Assembly (NCBI GenBank): GCA_036396635.1
Contig: DASWKM010000092.1
Location: 9,798 to 73,797 of the forward strand
Origin: Acidimicrobiia bacterium
GTDB lineage: Bacteria > Actinomycetota > Acidimicrobiia > Spongiisociales > ZC4RG35
DNA: 64,000 nt
Direction: 5' to 3'
In this document: piece by piece, positions 59,772 through 64,000 of the stretch
How the letters are laid out: every line of letters starts with the position of its first letter
How positions within the stretch are numbered: position 1 is the stretch's first letter
Notes under the pieces: model-generated
Told to the model about the DNA's origin: nothing
The model's database searches: none
The model's input: the letters and a program-made list of their open reading frames with translations, nothing else
Made by a program: the position numbers and the translations under genes

Positions 59772-61853
59772 ATGGGCACGTTCAAGACGATGAGGGTCAT
59801 CGACGCCCACGGCCAGCTCGTCGGAGATGATCCAGGCCTCGACCCAGAGCTGTATCAGACCATGTACCGACACATGGTCCTCGCCAGGGCACTCGATCGT
59901 CGGATGCTTGCCTTGCAGCGGCAAGGGCGGCTGGGTACCTACGCCATGCTGGAGGGCCAGGAGGCCGTTCAAATCGGATCGGCCCTGGCACTGGAGCCAA
60001 ATGACTTCGTCTTTCCCAGCTACAGAGAGCACGGTGTTCAGGTGACGAGGGGCCTCCCGATGGAGGTCCTGTTGGCGTATTGGAAGGGGTTGCCCAATGC
60101 TCGGTGGGACATGGAGAAGTACCGAACTGGAATCGTCACCGTGCCCATCGCCAGCCAATTGCCCCACGCGGTGGGCTACTCCTATGTGACCAAGCTCCGG
60201 GGCGAGCGCACGGTGGCGGTCGCATACTTCGGTGATGGTGCGACATCTGAGGTCGACTTCCACTCCGGGATGAACTTCGCCGGCGTTTGGAAGACCCCCA
60301 CCATCTTCATTTGTGCCAACAACCTCTATGCGATATCGGTTCGCTACGAGAAACAGACGGCTTCGAGGACCATCGCCCAGAAGGCGATTGCGTACGGCTT
60401 CAAAGGGGTCCGCGTCGATGGTATGGATCCGATCGCCATGTACCTGGTCACGCTTGAAGCCGCCAAGCGGGCACGAGACGGCGAAGGGCCCACCCTGATT
60501 GAGGCCATGACCTATCGGTATGGGCCGCACGCCACCGCCGACGACCCGACTCTCTATCGCTCGGATGCCGAAGTCGAGGAATGGAAGCAGAAGGACGCCA
60601 TCGAGCGTCTCCGGCGCTTCCTCCAGAACCGAGGCGAGTGGGATGAGCGAGTCGGCGAGAAGGTGGCCATGGAGACCACCGAGACCGTCGATGCCGCAGT
60701 GGCGGCACTCGAGGCGGAGCCTCTACCGCCCAGAGACGACGCCGTTCGACATGGGTTCTCGCGCATCCCCGGACATGTGGTGGGCACGCTCCACCAGATG
60801 CAGCGTTCTCATGGGGAGCCCGAGACGGTGTTCGGCGAGGACGAGATCTGGCAGGTTGGCCAGGATGAGCCTCCACACGGCCCGACCGAGTCACTGACCA
60901 TGGCCGAGGCGATCAACACCGCCCTCGCTCAGGCCATGGAACGAGACGAGACCGTCATCGTCCTGGGTGAGGACGTCGGTCTGGCCGGTGGGGTGTTCCG
61001 CGTAACGGAAGGCCTCCAGAAGAAGTTCGGCGAGTACCGAGTCATCGACACGCCTCTGAATGAGTCCGGAATCGTCGGCAGCGCGGTGGGGATGGCCCTT
61101 GCCGGCGCCCGGCCTGTGGCCGAGATCCAGTTCGACGGTTTCGTCTACCCGGCTTTCGACCAGATCGTCTCGCACCTCGGTCGCTTCCGCTTCCGGACTC
61201 GCGGCCTCTCGTCGGTGCCCGTCGTGGTGCGCTTTCCCAATGGAGCGGGTATCGGTGCCCACGAGCATCATTGTGACTCCCCGGAGGCCTACTTCGTACA
61301 TGCCCCCGGACTGGTCGTGATCTGTCCATCGACTCCGATCGACGCCAAGGGTCTGTTGACAGCCGCCCTCGAGGGAGACGACCCGGTTGTCTTCCTCGAG
61401 CCCAAGGTGCTGTACCGGGCCGGGCGTGAGGACGTCCCCATCGCCCCATATACGCTCCCCATCGGCCGGGCCAGGATTCGTCGAGAGGGAGCGGATCTGA
61501 CCCTCGTCACATATGGCGCAATGGTGCCGGTGTCGCTGAAGGCTTCCGCACAGTCCGGCCGCTCGGTGGAGGTCATCGATCTCAGAACCCTTTTTCCCTG
61601 GGACCGGGAGATGGTCCTCGGGTCCGTCGCCAGGACCGGGAGACTGCTCCTGGTCCAAGAGCCTCAGGGGTCCGCCGGTGTGGCAGCCGAGGTTGCCGCC
61701 GTCGTGGCCGAAGAGGCCATGTACGACCTCCAGGCACCGATCGTGCGTGTCACCGGATTTGATGTTCCGTGGCCTCAATTCGCCATCGAGAAACACGCCC
61801 TCATCGATGTCGATCGGGTTGTCGCCGCCATCGATCAGGTCATGGCCGGCTGA
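59772..61853 (+). CDS. Fused alpha/beta E1 component of a TPP-dependent 2-oxoacid dehydrogenase
   Basis: N-terminal half has the E1-alpha TPP motif (GDGATSEVDFHSGMNFAGVWKTPTIFICANN). C-terminal half is E1-beta (TVIVLGEDVG...GVFRVT, transketolase C-like). One frame of 693 aa from MGTFKTMRV. Confidence 0.8.
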   Translation: MGTFKTMRVIDAHGQLVGDDPGLDPELYQTMYRHMVLARALDRRMLALQRQGRLGTYAMLEGQEAVQIGSALALEPNDFVFPSYREHGVQVTRGLPMEVLLAYWKGLPNARWDMEKYRTGIVTVPIASQLPHAVGYSYVTKLRGERTVAVAYFGDGATSEVDFHSGMNFAGVWKTPTIFICANNLYAISVRYEKQTASRTIAQKAIAYGFKGVRVDGMDPIAMYLVTLEAAKRARDGEGPTLIEAMTYRYGPHATADDPTLYRSDAEVEEWKQKDAIERLRRFLQNRGEWDERVGEKVAMETTETVDAAVAALEAEPLPPRDDAVRHGFSRIPGHVVGTLHQMQRSHGEPETVFGEDEIWQVGQDEPPHGPTESLTMAEAINTALAQAMERDETVIVLGEDVGLAGGVFRVTEGLQKKFGEYRVIDTPLNESGIVGSAVGMALAGARPVAEIQFDGFVYPAFDQIVSHLGRFRFRTRGLSSVPVVVRFPNGAGIGAHEHHCDSPEAYFVHAPGLVVICPSTPIDAKGLLTAALEGDDPVVFLEPKVLYRAGREDVPIAPYTLPIGRARIRREGADLTLVTYGAMVPVSLKASAQSGRSVEVIDLRTLFPWDREMVLGSVARTGRLLLVQEPQGSAGVAAEVAAVVAEEAMYDLQAPIVRVTGFDVPWPQFAIEKHALIDVDRVVAAIDQVMAG

Positions 61854-62398
61854 TGCCAGCCAAGGTCGTCGCCGTCGTCGGGTCCTCACAGACCCAGCCG
61901 GGCACGCCCGAATGGGATGATGCCGAGCGTGTGGGCATGCGCTGTGCGGAGGCGGGGTTGACTGTGGCGACCGGTGGCTATGGCGGGACGATGGAGGCGG
62001 CGTCCAAAGGTGCAGCCGATGCCGGGGGACATGTGATCGGCGTGACCGCTCCCGATCTGTTTCACGGCCGTGGCGCCGCCAATCCCTATGTCGCCGAGGT
62101 GATCGAGGCGACCACGCTCACCGGGCGTATCGGAACCATCACCGAGTTGGCCAGCGGCGTGATCGCCCTCCCCGGATCGATCGGCACGGCAACCGAGCTC
62201 CTGGTCGCATGGAACATCAACCACATCGTCCGCCGCAACGGGGGAACACGTCTTCCGGCCGTGGCTGTTGGGGAAGCCTGGCGTGAGGTGGCCAGGGCGC
62301 TGAGTGTCCTGATCAAAGCCCATGTCGGCGACATCTACGTGACGGCCACCGCCGACGATGCGGTGGATTGGCTGCTCAGCCAGCCCGAGATCCGCTGA
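61853..62398 (+). CDS. LOG/SLOG family Rossmann-fold protein (TIGR00725/00730-like)
   Basis: GGYGGTMEA and PGSIGTATEL motifs. ATG overlaps the E1 stop (TGATG). Confidence 0.7.
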   Translation: MPAKVVAVVGSSQTQPGTPEWDDAERVGMRCAEAGLTVATGGYGGTMEAASKGAADAGGHVIGVTAPDLFHGRGAANPYVAEVIEATTLTGRIGTITELASGVIALPGSIGTATELLVAWNINHIVRRNGGTRLPAVAVGEAWREVARALSVLIKAHVGDIYVTATADDAVDWLLSQPEIR

Positions 62399-62430
62399 TG
62401 GGCCATCGCACGGCCTAAGTTGGTCTTCGT

Positions 62431-62655
62431 GTGAGCCATCTTCGCCCAGATGAAAGAGTGAAACGCACTCGCTCGGCCTGCCGGAAAGGACGCCACGCCT
62501 ACGGGGCATCACAACGTGTCGGCGGTGGGATAACCCGTCGGGTGTGCGAGGTTTGTGGTGAGGTCACGATCGATCTGACCAATGCCGAGGAGGTAACCAC
62601 ACCCATGCCGAGGGGTCGTCGTCTCACGCTGACGGAGACCAACAGCGACTCGTAA
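62431..62655 (+). CDS. Small putative zinc-ribbon protein
   Basis: 74 aa with C-x3-H ... CEVC spacing. No other homology recognisable. Confidence 0.3.
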   Translation: MSHLRPDERVKRTRSACRKGRHAYGASQRVGGGITRRVCEVCGEVTIDLTNAEEVTTPMPRGRRLTLTETNSDS

Positions 62656-62684
62656 AAGGTCGGGTCACATCTAGGCTGCCCGCA

Positions 62685-63563
62685 GTGAGTCGCGTCGTCA
62701 GCGCAGCCGGGGGTCTCGTCTTCCGGGAGACGTCCAAGGGAAACTTGAGGATCCTGGTCGCCCACCGCCCTTCTTATGACGACTGGACACTGCCCAAGGG
62801 AAAGGCAGATACGGGCGAGGCACCCGAGGACACGGCCATACGAGAGGTCCTCGAGGAGACCGGATATCACTGTCGGATAGTGGGCCCGCTCGGCGTTACC
62901 CGTTATCGCATCAACGGCGGGATCAAAGAAGTCCGTTGGTTCGCGATGAGACCGTTGCCCGACAGCCCTGGCTTCAAGAAGAACAAAGAGGTCGATGAGA
63001 TCAGATGGCTCTCACGTAAGCGTGCGCTGGCTCTGCTCGATTATGAGAACGACCGGGGCCTCCTGAGAGGCCCACTCCTGAAGAAGCTGGCTCGGACCGG
63101 GACCATCTATCTGCTGCGCCACTGCACCGCCGGTGACCGGGCGAACTGGCATGGCATCGATGCCGTCCGACCCCTCACCAAGAAGGGGCGCAGACAGGCC
63201 AAGGCCTTGGCCGAGTCCTTGAAGAGCGCAGGGATCGAACGGATCTATACGAGCCCCTACACCCGATGCGTCCAGACTGTCGAGCCGTTGGCCGAGGCCA
63301 TCGGGGCCAAGGTCGAGGAGCACGACGCGCTCGCCGAGGGACCCGACATCGACGCTGCCTACGAGCTGATCGACCAATTGGTGGGGACCAACTCGGTCCT
63401 CTGCACCCATGGGGATGTCATCCCGGCAGTGATCAACCGCATGATGTGGGCCGGCCTGACCCTGGAATCGAGGTTCTACTGCTCCAAGGGCTCCATCTGG
63501 GAGGTGGAGATCGAGGCCGGTCGCTTCACCACGGCCAGGTACGTGCCACCACCCAAGGAGTGA
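62685..63563 (+). CDS. Bifunctional Nudix hydrolase / histidine phosphatase (SixA-like) family protein
   Basis: Nudix box GKADTGEAPEDTAIREVLEETG in the N-terminal half. C-terminal half has the histidine-phosphatase start LLRHC(T)AG...SPYTRCVQT...HGD. Confidence 0.75.
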   Translation: MSRVVSAAGGLVFRETSKGNLRILVAHRPSYDDWTLPKGKADTGEAPEDTAIREVLEETGYHCRIVGPLGVTRYRINGGIKEVRWFAMRPLPDSPGFKKNKEVDEIRWLSRKRALALLDYENDRGLLRGPLLKKLARTGTIYLLRHCTAGDRANWHGIDAVRPLTKKGRRQAKALAESLKSAGIERIYTSPYTRCVQTVEPLAEAIGAKVEEHDALAEGPDIDAAYELIDQLVGTNSVLCTHGDVIPAVINRMMWAGLTLESRFYCSKGSIWEVEIEAGRFTTARYVPPPKE

Positions 63564-63633
63564 GAATGGAGAACCGTCGCCTACGTGCGATGAACACCGG
63601 CGGCCATTGCACGTAGGTCGAGGACGATGTCGT

Positions 63634-64000
63634 CTAAACACTCTTCGTGCCGGTGGCCCAGTCTGCGTAAAGGGCGGCATAGACCCCACCTCGAACCAAC
63701 AGGTCACGGTGGTGGCCACGCTCGACCAGACGTCCCTGGTCGAAGACCAGGACCTCATCAGCGCCTTCGGCAGTGGACAATCGGTGTGCGATCGTCACCG
63801 AAGTGCGCCCCTCGGTGAGACGGTCGATGGCATGGCGAAGTGCCACGTCCAGGACAGGGTCGACTGCGGATGTCGCTTCGTCCAAGACCAGCAGGTCCGG
63901 GCCCCCGATCCAGGCGCGTACCAAGGCGACGAGCTGACGCTCCCCGGCCGACAGGTTGCCGCCGCGCTCCCCAACCTTGGTCTGAAGACCGTCCGGCAGC
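63634..64000 (-). CDS. ABC transporter ATP-binding protein (C-terminal part; gene continues beyond window end)
   Basis: ABC signature LSAGERQ. Walker B LLVLDEATSAVD. H-loop TVTIAHRL. The frame stays open to position 64000. Confidence 0.8.
   Translation of the reverse strand, partial: LPDGLQTKVGERGGNLSAGERQLVALVRAWIGGPDLLVLDEATSAVDPVLDVALRHAIDRLTEGRTSVTIAHRLSTAEGADEVLVFDQGRLVERGHHRDLLVRGGVYAALYADWATGTKSV

Overview
This is a high-GC (about 65%) actinobacterial chromosomal window that is densely coding and mostly housekeeping. Gene order resembles the mycobacterial Rv3579c-Rv3672c neighbourhood: rlmB-cysS-ispF-carD, disA-radA, clpC, lysS-panC, folK-folB-folE-ftsH-hpt-tilS, sigH-rshA, holB-tmk/topA, phoH2, polX and a tad/flp pilus locus. 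There are two tRNA-Thr genes and two ABC transporter operons (Liv-type ATPases and a BMP-family nucleoside-type system). Most long antisense ORFs in the six-frame track are high-GC artefacts. Non-housekeeping content worth a second look is listed below.
- A ~167-bp MITE-like element with perfect 21-bp terminal inverted repeats and TA target duplications sits between convergent genes at 22.7 kb. A decayed inverted second copy lies between tilS and hpt.
- A plus-strand three-gene cassette is inserted into the otherwise minus-strand folE/ftsH block: a near-consensus promoter, an operator-like repeat, a leader peptide, a ribbon-helix-helix (RHH) protein and a DUF4097 protein.
- FolK is fused to an ICMT/PEMT-type membrane methyltransferase domain. 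The fol cluster lacks folP and carries a 164-aa unknown in its place.
- ispD is displaced about 42 kb from ispF and lies next to an IspD-like fragment.
- A fused E1 alpha/beta TPP-dependent dehydrogenase is translationally coupled to a LOG/SLOG protein with no E2 gene. It is flanked by a divergent aminotransferase and a Nudix-histidine phosphatase fusion.
- The tad locus has a CpaE/Ssd-like gene that lacks a Walker A motif.
All functional calls are from motifs I read in the translations. No database search was run.
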